Shown in pieces: positions 1 through 11,605 of a DNA stretch of 64,000 bases. The DNA is taken from positions 661,532 through 725,531 of the forward strand of contig CAVZBY010000011.1 in assembly GCA_963773685.1 (NCBI GenBank), written 5' to 3'. The position numbers were made by a program, and so were the translations under genes. The DNA comes from Candidatus Aminicenantes bacterium (GTDB taxonomy: Bacteria > Acidobacteriota > Aminicenantia > Aminicenantales > Saccharicenantaceae). The first letter of the stretch is position 1. Each line of letters begins with the position of its first letter. Under the pieces are notes generated by a model. The model worked only from the letters and a program-made list of their open reading frames with translations, had not been told where the DNA came from and made no database searches.

Positions 1-136
1 GGGTCGCGGTGAACGAGAAGATCGCGACGAAGACCAGCAGGACCGCGGTGAACGCGATGAGGATGTTCTTCCTCTTCAGGACGATACGGACGTATTCCTG
101 GAGGTCGATCTCTTTTCTTTCGAGGGACGTGTTCAT
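1..136 (-). CDS. Chain-length determinant (Wzz/GumC-like) protein, N-terminal fragment; gene continues past the left edge
   Basis: Minus-strand ATG at 134-136. Reads MNTSLERKEIDLQEYVRIVLKRKNILIAFTAVLLVFVAIFSFTAT, a charged leader plus TM helix as in Wzz N-termini. Lies directly downstream of the wza-like gene on the same strand. Confidence 0.5.
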   Translation of the reverse strand, partial: MNTSLERKEIDLQEYVRIVLKRKNILIAFTAVLLVFVAIFSFTAT

Positions 137-147
137 GGCCGTATTCC

Positions 148-994
148 TTAGAAGATGGATTCGGGGACGTAGACCGTGTCGTTCTCGAGGAGCGGGACGT
201 CCTTCTGTCTTGTTGTTGAGGATGCTCCTCGCGTTGACCTTGATCTCTTTTTCCTTGCCGGTCTCGTCCTTCCGCTTGATGACGACGCCGCCCCGGGCCG
301 CCCGGTCCGTGAAGCCTCCGGCCTGGGCGATGGCCTGGAGGAGCGTCGGCATGGCGGACTTCTTGACCTGGAGGGCGCCCGGATTCTTGACCTGGCCGAA
401 GACATAGACGGCCACGAGCTTGTCCACCGGGATATTGACGATGTCGCCCGCTTCCAGGGGGACGTTGAGCTTGGCGTCGCCCTTGAGGAAGAGGTCGTCG
501 ATGGAGATGCGGAGCGACGTGCTCGTCCCGTCGGGGAGCTGGCGGATGATGATGATGTCGCTCCCCGCGTCCCGGGTCAGGCCGCCGGCCTCGGAGACGA
601 TCTGCATGAGCGTCTGGCGGCCAAGGAGCTGGTAGGGCCCGGGCTTCTCGACCGCGCCGAGCACGGAGACCCGCTTGCTCTGGTACTCGCGGATGAAGAC
701 GGTCACCTGGGGGTTCTGGACGTACTTCTCTCCCAGGAGATCGGCCAGCTTCTTTTCGAGCTCGGACTTCGTCAGTCCGTCGACGAGAACCTCGCCGAGG
801 AGCGGAAGGCTGACCTTCCCGTCCTCGGACACCCGGACCGTCCGGCTCAGCTCGTCCGCCCCGAAGACGCTGATCTCGAGGAGGTCCTTGGGACCGACGC
901 GGTATTCCTGGGTGAACTTCTCCTGGGCCGTCAGGAGGACGGAACCCATGGCCAGCAGGACCATCATGATGATCTTGGTCGATTTGGCGCCCAT
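148..994 (-). CDS. wza: Polysaccharide export protein (Wza-like; Poly_export + SLBB), one frame break near 201
   Basis: Own translation of the minus strand: MGAKSTKIIMMVLLAMGS...YRVGPKDLLEISVFG...VSEDGKVSLPLLGEVLVDGLT...VSVLGAVEKPGPYQL...GDIVNIPV...VYVFGQVKNPGAL...DVPLLENDTVYVPESIF. The + strand ORF 176..1039 is its antisense shadow. Confidence 0.8.
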
Positions 995-1016
995 GTCCAA
1001 CTCCTTGATGAGGCGG

Positions 1017-2282
1017 TTAGAAATCCCGGATCAGGCTGAGCCCGATGAAATTCTTCTTCCGGTCGAAGCCCGGAGCGTTCGAATCCCTCGCATAGATATT
1101 GTAGCTCAACTGGATGCCTGTCTTCCGGAAGACAAAGACCGAGAATCCGATCGAATGGGTCCGATGGCTGTCCCGCCTGGCGATCTCCAGGGGGGCACCG
1201 CCGGGCCCCGGGATCTGGAACGGCTCCGGATAGCGGAGCCAGCCGTGCCTGAAGTCATAATCGAGTCGGAAGCGCCGGGTCAGACGAAAGGAGATCCCGG
1301 GGCTCACGCGGTTCTCGACGTAGAAATAAGGCGTCCGCGAGATAGGAAAAATAGATGTCGCGTCCGAGCCGGAAGCGGAGGTCGAAGCGCCCGAGCCGGA
1401 AATCGAGGTTCGTGTCGGCGATCAGTCCGGAAAAGGTCTTCCGGTCCTTCGAGTCCGGGGTGAACTTCTTATAGCCCAAGGACAGAGTCCCCCGGGCCCT
1501 TCCCACGAGAGGGAACCGGATCCCGCTCGAGACCTGGTAAGAGCGGGAATTCCGCCACTGGTAGGAAGGATCGTCGAATTCATAGGTGGTGGCGCCGGTC
1601 GTCACGAAGAAGAAGCTCTCGGCGAAGACCGGATAATAGAGCTCGGCGCTCCCGGTCGTCTCCTTGCGGTTCAGGCTCCTCGACAACAACGTCTCGCTGT
1701 CGGGAAGGACGATATCCTCGTACTGGAATCTCGTCGACCGTCCCGGCGACGCCGATGGCGGAACCGCGCGGCGTCTCATAGAACGCGGCCAGCTTCACGC
1801 CCTTGTCGGTGTCGGTCACGAGACTCGACGAATTCGCTCAAGGCCCTTCGCTGGTGTTTCTCGAAATGGTAGATGCCGGAGAAGGCCAGCCGATTGAAAA
1901 GCCGCAGGCGGACGCCGGGACTGAAGCTGTTGGTGAACCTCCGAAGCCGAGTTTCCCTGGCGAAATACAGGTATTCGGGATTATCCGTCAACGACAGGAT
2001 CAGCGAGCGGCCCAGCAGGAGATAGGCCCTGACCTCGGGGGATATCGTGCCGGTATAATCCCCTACGGCCTTCTCTTCCGTGCTCCGGAAATAGACGTTG
2101 TCATCGTACCCGACGTTCGTCAGCCGGAACTCCGGCAGGAACCGGAACGGACCGATCCGCAGCTTCGCCCCAGACCGGATCTCGTTCAGCTCGACATCGA
2201 AGTTCTTGTAGTTCTGCCCAAATGCGGATACGCAGGCAAAGCAGACCAGTCCCGCGGCAATGATCCCGTGGAGCTTTCTCAT
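1017..2282 (-). CDS. Outer-membrane beta-barrel protein of the EPS locus (two frame breaks near 1300 and 1780)
   Basis: Three consecutive minus ORF pieces. N-terminus MRKLHGIIAAGLVCFACVSAFGQ looks like a signal peptide. Alternating beta-strand pattern, and the C-terminus ends ...GLSLIRDF with an aromatic terminal residue. Confidence 0.6.
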
Positions 2283-2400
2283 CGGACGATCTGTTTGGCC
2301 AGGAAATACGCCGCGGCGGCAATGAGCAAGCCACGGCCAGACGCTCTTCCAATTCAGGGATGCGAATCTTTTCATCGAACGGCCTCGAAGATCCTGACGG

Positions 2401-3588
2401 TCAGGAAAGGTTCTTCGGCCAGGGGCCATGGGACACCCCCCGGAAGACCTTCATGAAGGACAGCCTCTTGACCAGGGCCAGGATCAGGTCGCCGTGCCAG
2501 TCGAAATCGCCCTTCTCGCGGATGATGGGGATGATCCCGTCGGTCTGGGCCAGATAGAAGATCCGTTCCATCTGGGCGTCCGTCAGCCGGGCGCAGACCC
2601 TGCGGGCCATGCGTCCCAGGACGATCTCCCTCTGCATGGCGGTCTTCCAGGCCTTCTCGTAGGGGGCCAGGTCTTTGGCCCCGAAGGCGCTCCTGGCGAA
2701 GCACCCGCCGATGACATCCGAGGCGATATCGGCGCCCATCAGCCCGAAGGCGACCCCGCCGCCGGTCGTCGTCTTGACGTGCCCCGCGGCCTCGCCGACG
2801 GCAATGACGCGTTCCGCGTAGGTCCTCGAAAGCAGGCCCTGGGCGATCGCCTTGATCCTGATCCCGTCGGAGCCGCGTCCGCATAGCGGTCCGGGAACAT
2901 CGTCCCGGCGAGTCTCGCGAGATAGGTCCGCGGCTCGCGCTTGGTCAGGACGCCCGACCCTGAGGCGCGAGGGCCCGGACGGGACCGTCCAGGCGAATGC
3001 CCCGGGCGCGACGTCGCGGCCGACGAAGATGGCGGCGGCGGCTTCCGTCCGTCTCGATCTCCACCTGGGCTCCGTTCAGGTATTCCTTCGGGCCGCCCCA
3101 GGCCGAGCTTCGCGTGAAGCCCGAAATCGATGCCCGAGGCCAGGACGGCCATCCTGGCCGAATAGAGGCTCCGGCTTCCGCCCGCTTCCCTGGCGCGGAC
3201 CCGGACGCCCTCTTCGGAGACGAGGACATCCTCGGCTTTCGTCGACAGCACGATCTCGGCGCCCCGGGCCCGCGCCTCGGAAGCCAGGTTGCGGTCGAAC
3301 CGCTCCCTGTCCACGACGTAGGCGAAGGGCTGGGGATGACGATAGACGACGGACGTGCCGAAGGGCGAAACGAGCCTGACGGTCTGCAGTTCGCACAGGG
3401 CGGAGTCCCGGTTCATCCCGAAGGAATCGAAGACCTCCTTCCCGATGATCCCGGTGCAGACGACCCTGGATCCGATGCCGTCCTTCCTCTCGAGAACACG
3501 GACGTGCGAGCCCGGCTCCGGCCAGGCGGGCGGCCAGGCGAAGACCGCTGGGTCCTCCGCCGACGATGAGAACGTCCGAGCTCTTCAT
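2401..3588 (-). CDS. FAD-dependent oxidoreductase, geranylgeranyl reductase family (several frame breaks)
   Basis: N-terminus MKSSDVLIVGGGPSGLRLAARLAGAG carries a GxGxxG FAD fold. Middle and C-terminal pieces lie in other frames (ORFs 2739..3416 and 2401..2739). Confidence 0.65.
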
Positions 3589-3647
3589 TTGCGTCTCTAT
3601 TTAAGTGATATGGCCGGGAAATGTCAATCGGTCCGGCCTTTCCCGGG

Positions 3648-4258
3648 CTAGACCTTCTGCGTCCTTGACTCCCATTTTCCCCTGAACGTGATCCAGAACG
3701 AGAGGAAGACGAGCTTGAGGTCCAGCCAGAAGGTCCGCTTCCGGATATAGAGAAGGTCGTAGCGGAACTTCTTCCGTCGCGGGGTCTCCCCGGGCAGATA
3801 GACCTGGGTCAGGCCCGTCAGCCCGGGCCTGACAGCATGCCGTTCGCCGATATCCCGGGATATCCTCGATGGCCCGGGTGTCCGGGTCGCCCTGGACCTC
3901 TTTTTCGTGGGGCCTCAGGGCCCGAGGGCCGACGAAGCTCATGTCGCCCTTGAAGATGTTCCAGAGCTGGGGAAGCTCGTCCATGGCCGTGGCCCTCAGG
4001 ATGCGGCCGATCTTCGTCACCCGGGGATCGTTCGCGACGGCCTGGACGGCTCCCCTGCCCTTTTCCGCATCGACGATCATCGAACGGAACTTCATGGCCT
4101 TGAAGACCCGGCCGTTCTTCCCGACCCGTTCCTGACCATAGAAGACGGGCCCCCTGTCCTGGAGCCATATCAGGAGCCCGAAAAGGAGCCACAGCGGGGA
4201 CGAGAGGACGAGGCCGACGAACGACAGCGCGATATCGAACGGGCCGCTTGAGGAACAA
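3648..4258 (-). CDS. Undecaprenyl-phosphate sugar phosphotransferase (bacterial sugar transferase, priming enzyme); frame breaks near 4241 and 3830
   Basis: Reads ...FDIALSFVGLVLSSPLWLLFGLLIWLQDRGPVFYGQERVGKNGRVFKAMKFRSMIVDAE...DPRVTKIGRILRATAMDELPQLWNIFKGDMSFVGPRALRP, then RPGLTGLTQV...YDLLYIRKRTFWLDLKLVFLSFWITF in a shifted frame. Stop at 3648. Start taken as TTG at 4258 (LFLKRP-FD). Confidence 0.8.
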
Positions 4259-4261
4259 GGC

Positions 4262-4725
4262 TCCGGTCGAGCGGCCCCGGCCCGCGAGGCGTTCCGCCGC
4301 AGGAATTTCGTTCCCAGCACGGCCAGCGATGCCGGCGATGTCGACGCCCCAATCGACGGGGCTCCCGTTCCTGTTCGGGACGAAGCTCTGGAGGTATTCG
4401 TCCAGGAATCCGTAAGCGACGGCGACGAGCCCGGCCTTGAGAGCCCATCCCGGAGTCCATCTCCGTGCGATCGGTCCCCCGGAAGGCCCGGAAGAGCAGA
4501 TAGGCGAGGACGCCGTACTCGAGGAAATGCAGGGACTTGCGGAAGACGACATAGAACACGTCCACGGCCTCCGCGGAAGCATGCGGGAACAGCCATCGGA
4601 ACACGGCCGTCGAGATCTCGTAGGTGAGGCTGCTGGCCAAGGCCTTGTTCCCGACGGGAAAGAAGATCGCCATCCAGAGCGACCGGCGGAAGCCAATACT
4701 TGAAGAACCGTCTCGCCCGGCTCAT
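4262..4725 (-). CDS. VanZ-like membrane protein (frame breaks)
   Basis: MSRARRFFKYWLPPVAL / WMAIFFPVGNKA...RKSLHFLEYGVLAYLLFRAF / ...AVAYGFLDEYLQSFVPNRNGSPVDWGVDIAGIAG. The ATG at 4723-4725 sits in an ATGA junction with the upstream GT gene. Boundaries are approximate. Confidence 0.55.
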
Positions 4726-5952
4726 GACAGGCCCCCGTCCGCGCGAAACGACCGCCAGCAGATCCTCGTACCTGTCCATGATCATCTTCCGGGCGAAATT
4801 GTCGACGACGTAGCGCCGGGCGTTCGCGGCCATCTCCCGGCGCGCCCCGGGATCCCCCTTGAGCTTGAGGACCGTCTCCCCGATGGCCGGGACGTCGTCG
4901 GGAGGGACGACCTCCCCGCAGCGATTCCCGCGGATCAGAGCGGCGACCTCGGAATCCGCCGGCGCCAGCCCCAGGATCGGCCTTCCCGCGGCCAGGAAGT
5001 TATAGAGCTTCGACGGGACGGACATCTGCGACTTTTCCTTGTCCAGGGGGACGAGGAGGACGTCGCTCGAGGCCAGGAGCTCGGGCAGGTCGGCGTACGG
5101 CTGGAACGGCAGGAATCGGACGTTGTCGACCCCCATCGCGGCGGCCCTTTTTTGCAGTTCGGCCTTCTTCATCCCTTCGCCGACGATCACGAACACCACG
5201 TCCTTCGCCTCCTTCAGTCGCCGCGGCCGCCTCGAGGACGCGTTCCAGGGCCCGGTTGCTGCTGATGCTGATCGTCCCCGAATACATGATGACGAACTTG
5301 TCCTGAAGGCCGTATTTCCTGGAAACGGGATTGTCCTTGGGATAAGGCTTCAGGAAATCGGTGTCCACCCAGTTGGGGATCACGGTCAGCTTGTCGCGCG
5401 GGACCCCCTTGTCCAGGAGGTTCCTCAGGAAGCCGTCGCCGATGACGACGATATGGTCGGAGATCCGGTAGACCCACTTCTCGAGGGCCTGGGCGAAGCG
5501 GATGGCGGCGCGGATTCCTGAGGATGCCCGATTCGATGGAGAGATCGGGATGGATGTCCTGGACGTTGAGGAGCACTCTGGCGCCCCGGAGCTTCGCGGC
5601 CAGGAATCCCGTGAGGCCGAGCTGGAGCGGCGGCGTGCGCAGGAAGAGGATATCCCCTTTCCGGAGCGTCAAGGCATTGAGGATGGTCTCCGCCGTATAG
5701 ATGTTCCAGGCGAGGAGCCGGGCGATCGGATGCGGCGCCCGCGTTCGTCCAGAACCGCTTGACGAGGAAGCCGTTCTCCCGCCGCCGCGAAAGCAGTCGC
5801 CCTTTGAGCTCCGCCGGCCTTCGCCTCGGGATGGTCGTCACGACCTCGACCTCGTGCCCCCGCGCCGCCAGGTCGGTCGCCAGCTCGTTGATGAGGATCG
5901 GCGCGCTGCCGAAGTCCGGCAGGAAATACATGGTGTGGATGGAGATCTTCAT
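4724..5952 (-). CDS. Glycosyltransferase family 4 (GT-B, WcaI-like), several frame breaks
   Basis: N-terminus MKISIHTMYFLPDFGSAPILINELATDLAARGHEVEVVT. Middle VLLNVQDIHPD...IPNWVDTDFLKP. C-terminus VFVIVGEGMKKAELQ...LASSDVLLVPLDKE...PSKLYNFLAAGRPILG. Confidence 0.75.
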
Positions 5953-7200
5953 GTCAGGACTGCGCGACGCGCGCCTCTCGAGGGATCTTCGGTCCCGGCG
6001 GGACCGCCTTCGGTTCGCGGACTCCAGACCCAGATATAGGCCATGGCCGGGACGAGGAGCAGGAGATCGACCCCGTAGAAGGCCGCCGTCGATTCGAAGA
6101 AGCTCCGGCCGGTCAGGAAGCCGATGATCAGGACCGATTGCATGAGCAACGGGAGATCCGGCCCCGAGACTCACCGGATCCTCTTCATGAGCCCCGATCG
6201 CAGGATGAAGCTGCCAGATCGCAACGATCGCCGCCGTGAAGAGGGCGGCCCCGAACAGGCCGCTGTGAATGGCCGAATGGAGATAGGAATTGTGCATGTG
6301 CTCGGAGTTGAGCATCAGCCGGTCCGCGTGGAATCCCCACCCGAGGAAGGGCGAGTGCTCGATCTGGGTCAGCCCCTTGCGCCAGGTATAATCCCGGCCG
6401 GTCAGGAACATGAGCCTTTCGACGTGGCCCTGGAGGCGCCATTTGATGCCGGATAGATAGACGAGATAGGTCGCGGCAGGGGCGATGACGAGGAACCTGA
6501 GGTCCACCCCCAGGATCAGGACCAGCAGGACTCCGGATATGGCCAGCCCGAGCAGCGAGGTCCGGGACCGGGTCTGGGCCAGCATGAACAGGGCCGGCAG
6601 GAGAAGGACCGCCCAGGCGATCTTATCCCTCTTCCTCCTTCGGCAGATCAGATAGGTGAACGAGATGATGACCATCACCAGCGCGAAACGCCCGACCCCG
6701 TTGGCCCTCATGTCGCCCAGGTTGAACGGAAGCTTATAGATCTGGGTAAAGAGCTCGTCCGAGCCGCCGACACGGAGCACGTCGGGGATGAGGGCGAAGA
6801 AGATCACGGCGACGATGATGTTGTTCAGGTACAGGATCCTCCGAAGCTTGTCCAGCGGGTCGGGCGTCTCTACGGCGACCCAGACGACGAGCAGGGGCGC
6901 GACGTACTCACCCGCCCAATAGAGGGCCGTCAGCCGGTTCGGGGACAGGAAAACGGAGGATACGGCGCTGACCGCGAAGTAGCCGAAAAGAAAGCTCGCG
7001 GGCATCCTGAGGAAAGAGAATCCCGGCCTTTTGACCAGCATCCATATCAGGCTCAGATAAGCGGCCGCGAGGGGAAAAAGAGTCCTCACGGCCTGAAAAA
7101 CGGACAGGGGATCGGACCACCCTCCGGCCAGGCGGAGATTGTAGATGCCCGTGAACATCCCGCCCCAGACGAGAAGCCAGAGGAGGTCCGTGAAGATCAT
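5949..7200 (-). CDS. O-antigen ligase/polymerase-like (Wzy_C) polytopic membrane protein, frame break near 6190
   Basis: Multi-TM protein with ...AQTRSRTSLLGLAISGVLLVL...FLGWGFHADRLMLNSEHMHNSYLHSAIHSGLFGAALF. The tail continues in ORF 5949..6149. Confidence 0.7.
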
Positions 7201-8471
7201 TCCTGACTCCGCCCCCCGCGGGACCCGAGGACGACGGAACGATAGATCTCATGGAGCCTGTCTCCGTGAGCCCTCCAGGGATAATAAGCGGCCGCCCTCT
7301 TTCTGGCGGCCTCGCCCAGAGCCGCGCGTAACGGCTCGTCATCACGAAGGGCCTTCAGGGCGCGGGCCATTTCCCCGACGACGCGCTCGGAGTCCGCAGG
7401 GCCGATCTTGATCCCCCACTCCTCCTGGATATGGGAGCCGGGGCCGCCCGAATCGAGGCAGATCACGGGGAGCCCGGAGGCCATGGCCTCGACGACGACC
7501 GCGCCGCCGCCGTCACGAAAGCTCGGGAACAGGAAGACGTTGGACGACCGCATCTCCTCCAGGACCTTCTCGCGCGGAAGCCAATCCCGGATCGTCACCG
7601 AATCGCCCAGACCCAGGTCGCCGATGAGCCGTTTCAGCCGCTCCTCCTCGGGCCCCTTGCCGATGATGAGCATCCGGGCGTCGGGGCGCTCGGACGCGAA
7701 CCGGGCAAAGGCACGGACCGCGAGGGCAAAGCCCTTGAGACGATGGAGACGGCCGGCCGTCATGACCCGAAAGGCCCCCGGCTCGCGGACTCGGACGGGC
7801 CTCGGGAGAATGTCGTTCTCGGAGATGCCGTTGACCGGGAAGAAAAGCGCCTTGTCCCGGAAGCGTTCCGGGACGAGCTCGCGCGTTTCGTCGTTGCAGA
7901 CAAGGAGCGCCTTGGCCCGGCGGACCGCGCGGCGGCGCACGGGGTCCCGTCGCCCGAACCATTGGGCGATGTTCCGGGTATCCTCCGCGAACCGCCCGTA
8001 AAGCGAGTATTCCGACCGGAGCGGCTTCGGGGTCCTCTGGCCGCCGCCGACGGGCCCCCAAACGAACGGCACGGGAAGGAAGGCCCCGATATAGCTGGCG
8101 ATCCAATCATTGCCGAACGTGACGTGGTGGGCGACGTCGAACCGGAACTCCTTATGGAGCTTTCGGGCGACCCTCCAGGCCTTGATCTGCCAGAGGTAAT
8201 AATAGATCCTCTGCCCGAACTCGATCCTGTACAGCCATTTCAGCCCGGCAGGAAGCTCCACGAAGATGAATCGGGGCGAACCCGCCGTCGCTTCCGGCCG
8301 GGTGCTTTCCACCCCCGGCTTGTTGTAGCCGTGGGCGATCACCCAGAGATCGTGGAACCGGCCCAGCTGTTCCACGAGCCTCCATCCGGTCAGGTCCTCC
8401 CCGGGGTGAAGGTGGACGGACCCGGAGGGATTGCAGGCGTAGGCGGAGACGAGGACTCTAAGCTTGGTCAT
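7197..8471 (-). CDS. Glycosyltransferase family 4 (intact)
   Basis: MTKLRVLVSAYACNPSGS... and C-terminal LFPSFRDGGGAVVVEAMASGLPVICLDSGGPG. The ORF track allows an upstream start at 8546. Confidence 0.85.
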   Translation of the reverse strand: MTKLRVLVSAYACNPSGSVHLHPGEDLTGWRLVEQLGRFHDLWVIAHGYNKPGVESTRPEATAGSPRFIFVELPAGLKWLYRIEFGQRIYYYLWQIKAWRVARKLHKEFRFDVAHHVTFGNDWIASYIGAFLPVPFVWGPVGGGQRTPKPLRSEYSLYGRFAEDTRNIAQWFGRRDPVRRRAVRRAKALLVCNDETRELVPERFRDKALFFPVNGISENDILPRPVRVREPGAFRVMTAGRLHRLKGFALAVRAFARFASERPDARMLIIGKGPEEERLKRLIGDLGLGDSVTIRDWLPREKVLEEMRSSNVFLFPSFRDGGGAVVVEAMASGLPVICLDSGGPGSHIQEEWGIKIGPADSERVVGEMARALKALRDDEPLRAALGEAARKRAAAYYPWRAHGDRLHEIYRSVVLGSRGGRSQE

Positions 8472-9645
8472 GGGGAATAGCGCTTTCAGGTGATTCGGCC
8501 CGGGGGGCTCCATCCGTTCCGCCGCGGACGAGGCCGCGGATCTCACGCGATAAACCCTCGGCGATGGCTCGCCAGGAGAAGTGTTCGCGCGCGAAGATCC
8601 GGGCCTGGCGCCCCAAGAGCTCCGACCGCGCGGGATCGCGCATGAGTTGAACGATCCCGTCCGCGAAATTCTCGTCGGAATCCGCGATCAGCAGATGGCG
8701 CCCGGAGATCGCCTCCAGCCCTTCAGCCCCCTTGGTCGTGGAGACGATGGGACGCCCCGCGGCCATGTACTCGAGCAGCTTCACCCGCGTTCCCGAACCC
8801 GATCGGATGGGGGCCACACAAAGAGCGCAGGCCTTCACGAACGCGGGCACCTCGGTATGAGGAATCGACCCGGGGTTCAGGAGCCAGTCCCGCCGGACGG
8901 CGATCCGGCCCCCGATGATGGCCAGCTGGAGTCCGGGGATGGACCTCGACGCCGAGGGAAATATGCTGGAGACAAGGGCATCGATCGCTTCTCTGTTGGG
9001 AGGATAGTCCGGCAATCCCATGAACAGAACGGTTTTATCGGTGAGCCCGTATTTCGATGCCACCAGGGCCGCCTTTTCGGGCGAGACGTCGAACCGGTCG
9101 GGATCGACGCCGTTCGGAACGATGACCGGCGCCCATCCATACAATCCCTTGAACGCCCGGGCGTCCGCGACGGACACGGCCGTGACAAGGTCGGATCTAC
9201 GGCCGATGGTCTTTTCCGCCCAACGGGTGAGCCGGGATACGAAGGGACCGTTCCGGCCCTTCCTCAGCAGATATTCCACGTTATGGGAGTGATAGACGAT
9301 CGGGGAGCGGACGCCCGCGATCCTCAAGGAGGCGAAGACGAGGAGCAGATAAGCCGCCCAGGAAGCCCCCTCGATCACAACGGCGTCGGGCCGTTCGGAC
9401 CTCACGGCGCGGACGATGGCCGGGAGCCTCCGGAAGATCGACAGGACCTTCCGCAAGTGACGATCGGAGGAATACGGAAGATCGACCGTCCTGATCTCCC
9501 CTGGAGACCCCGTCAGCGATGTCCTGTGGGTCATTTGGATCAGCACGACCTCTCCGGGAAGATGCCGGGCCAGGTGATAGCTCACGGAGGCCGCCCCGGA
9601 AGCGGGAGGAAAGACCTCATAGAGAGCGATCATGGCCGTTTTCAT
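8458..9645 (-). CDS. Glycosyltransferase family 4 (intact)
   Basis: MKTAMIALYEVFPPASGAASVSYHLARHL... and ...CALCVAPIRSGSGTRVKLLEYMAAGRPIVSTTKGAEG. The start overlaps the stop of the upstream gene. Confidence 0.85.
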   Translation of the reverse strand: MKTAMIALYEVFPPASGAASVSYHLARHLPGEVVLIQMTHRTSLTGSPGEIRTVDLPYSSDRHLRKVLSIFRRLPAIVRAVRSERPDAVVIEGASWAAYLLLVFASLRIAGVRSPIVYHSHNVEYLLRKGRNGPFVSRLTRWAEKTIGRRSDLVTAVSVADARAFKGLYGWAPVIVPNGVDPDRFDVSPEKAALVASKYGLTDKTVLFMGLPDYPPNREAIDALVSSIFPSASRSIPGLQLAIIGGRIAVRRDWLLNPGSIPHTEVPAFVKACALCVAPIRSGSGTRVKLLEYMAAGRPIVSTTKGAEGLEAISGRHLLIADSDENFADGIVQLMRDPARSELLGRQARIFAREHFSWRAIAEGLSREIRGLVRGGTDGAPRAESPESAIPHDQA

Positions 9646-10835
9646 GATCGCCGCCTCCGAGCTTCCCGGGAAGGTCGATCCTTGAGGAAATCCCCCGCCA
9701 CCTCCCGGACCTCCCGGGCGAACCGGTCCACCGAGAAGGCCGCCTTGCGGCGCTCGAGATGCTCGCGGAGGGCGCCCTGAAGGCCCTTGTCTTCCAGGAC
9801 GCGCCCGATCTTCCCGACAGCCTCCGACCGCCCTGAGTATATGAGTTCCGGACGCTCGACGATCTCGGTCTGGCCCCCGCTCGCGGGAACCCAGACGAGA
9901 CAGCCCGCTTTGACCATTTCCGCGACGGCGATCCCGAACGCCTCGTTCCAACAGGCCGAGATCCCGAAGCGATGCCGGCCGAGGAACGCCGCCTTTTCCT
10001 TTCCGGCCATCCGGCCCTCCAGGAAGACCCAGTCCGCGTTCTGAAGGGCAAGGGCCTTGATCCTGGCCATGTAATCGGCGTCGATCCCGTCGCCGATGAT
10101 ATGAAGGTGGACGGCGGCCCCGGCTTGTCGGACCTCCCTCAGGACGGCGATGATCGATTCGATGTCCTTTTCCGGGGAGATCCTTCCCAGATAGACGAAC
10201 CCGGGCTCCCGCTCCTCCCAGGGGAGGCCCGGAGGGACGTCGACGACCGGCGGATAGATCCGCCGGGTCTCGATCCCGAAGGACTCCCGCAGGGTCCGGG
10301 CGGTCCAATCCGAATTCGCTATGGTTAAGTTCCTTTTCCATCCGTCCCGGGACGCCCGGGAAAGGGCCCGGGCCAGGGAAAGATACGGTCCTCGGATGAC
10401 CCGGCTCCGATGAAAAGCCCGGACGAAGGCCTTGGGCTCTTTCCTGTCCCTCTCGCGGAGGAGATCGTCGAAGGAGAAATCGGCGATGAATTGGATGCCT
10501 CTCACCCCGAAATCCATGACGTTATAGGTCGAGATCATGAGATCGAAACGGGAGGCATTCTCGCGGCAATAGCGAGCCGCGCGCGCCGACCTCAGGGCGG
10601 AGAACCGGGTCCTGGCGAAGGCGGGGATGGGAAAGGACACGATGCGGACCCGTTCCGCGTCGAGACGCGTCCCATAGTATCCGTTGAGCCGGCCGAGGTC
10701 CGGATCCCCCATCGTGACCAGGGTGACGTCATGATCCTCTTCGAGCGCCTCGGCGGCGCGCAGGGCCCTGGCTTCGGATCCGCCGCCCTCGCGGAGCTGG
10801 GGATGGAAGATCGCGACGCTGGGCTTGCCCATCAC
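9642..10835 (-). CDS. Glycosyltransferase family 4 (intact)
   Basis: 397-aa ORF with ...YLGRISPEKDIES...GISACWNEAFGIAVAEMVKAGCLVWVPASGGQTEIV. Confidence 0.85.
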   Translation of the reverse strand: MMGKPSVAIFHPQLREGGGSEARALRAAEALEEDHDVTLVTMGDPDLGRLNGYYGTRLDAERVRIVSFPIPAFARTRFSALRSARAARYCRENASRFDLMISTYNVMDFGVRGIQFIADFSFDDLLRERDRKEPKAFVRAFHRSRVIRGPYLSLARALSRASRDGWKRNLTIANSDWTARTLRESFGIETRRIYPPVVDVPPGLPWEEREPGFVYLGRISPEKDIESIIAVLREVRQAGAAVHLHIIGDGIDADYMARIKALALQNADWVFLEGRMAGKEKAAFLGRHRFGISACWNEAFGIAVAEMVKAGCLVWVPASGGQTEIVERPELIYSGRSEAVGKIGRVLEDKGLQGALREHLERRKAAFSVDRFAREVREVAGDFLKDRPSREARRRRS

Positions 10836-11605
10836 GCCCCCGCCTTCCGGAACATCGTATGGATCTCCTGTCCCCGCGGATATATGCCCATCGGGGCGAA
10901 GCCCGCGTCCTCGATCATTCGCAGGACGTCGCTTTCGGTCCGCTTATCGGGCAAGAGGGTCGGATGGATCTCGCAACACAGGTAAAGGCACCCCGGATCC
11001 CGAAGCGTCTCCCGCAATCCTTCAAGGGCCGCGATCTCGTAGCCTTCGACGTCGATCTTGATGGCCCGGGGCGCGGGCAGGCCCAATTCGGCGACGATTC
11101 CGTCCCCGCGGACGACACGGGCCGTCCCGGAATGCGATTTGCCCTCCGCAGGGACGAGGCTCGTCGAGCCCATTCCGATCTTCCTGTCGACGAACAGCTC
11201 CCCGAGGTATTCGCGGGCACCGAGGGCCATCCGGACGACCGTGACGTTGTCCAGGCCGTTCAGCCGGACGTGGCCTTCCAGAATATCGGCGATCGCCGGA
11301 TCAGGCTCGAAGGAGATCACGCGCCCGGATGGGCCGACTCGTTTGGCGAGGAAGACGGAGTGGATCCCGATATTGGCGCCGACATCATAGACGGTGTCGC
11401 CGGGACCCAGGACGTCCATCAGCATCCCCAGGATCCGCCCCTCGTTGACCCCGCTTTCGTCAGAGAAGCCCCGGATATATCGCCATTGGCCGTAATTCCC
11501 GGCGAAGAAGCGCGCCTCTTCCCCGCTGACGGCGATCCCGGCCAGGCCTTGAGGCGGACGGGTCAGCCTGAAGAGGACCGTTTTGATGAGCCCGCCGAGG
11601 ATCAT
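10832..11605 (-). CDS. FkbM-family methyltransferase
   Basis: MILGGLIK...TVYDVGANIGIHSVFLAKRVGPSGRVISFEP...AIKIDVEGYEIAALEGL. Confidence 0.85.
   Translation of the reverse strand: MILGGLIKTVLFRLTRPPQGLAGIAVSGEEARFFAGNYGQWRYIRGFSDESGVNEGRILGMLMDVLGPGDTVYDVGANIGIHSVFLAKRVGPSGRVISFEPDPAIADILEGHVRLNGLDNVTVVRMALGAREYLGELFVDRKIGMGSTSLVPAEGKSHSGTARVVRGDGIVAELGLPAPRAIKIDVEGYEIAALEGLRETLRDPGCLYLCCEIHPTLLPDKRTESDVLRMIEDAGFAPMGIYPRGQEIHTMFRKAGA

Noticed and set aside
176-1039. 287-aa + strand ORF rich in D/E/L/G/R
   Set aside because: It is the antisense shadow of the wza-like gene. The composition is typical of GC-rich non-coding frames, and the minus strand gives an unmistakable Wza translation.
3601-5199. 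Single 532-aa ORF apparently fusing a glycosyltransferase, VanZ and a sugar transferase
   Set aside because: The recognisable segments alternate with nonsense-looking stretches, and the missing pieces are found in the other two frames. It is better explained as three genes plus frame errors than as one fusion protein.
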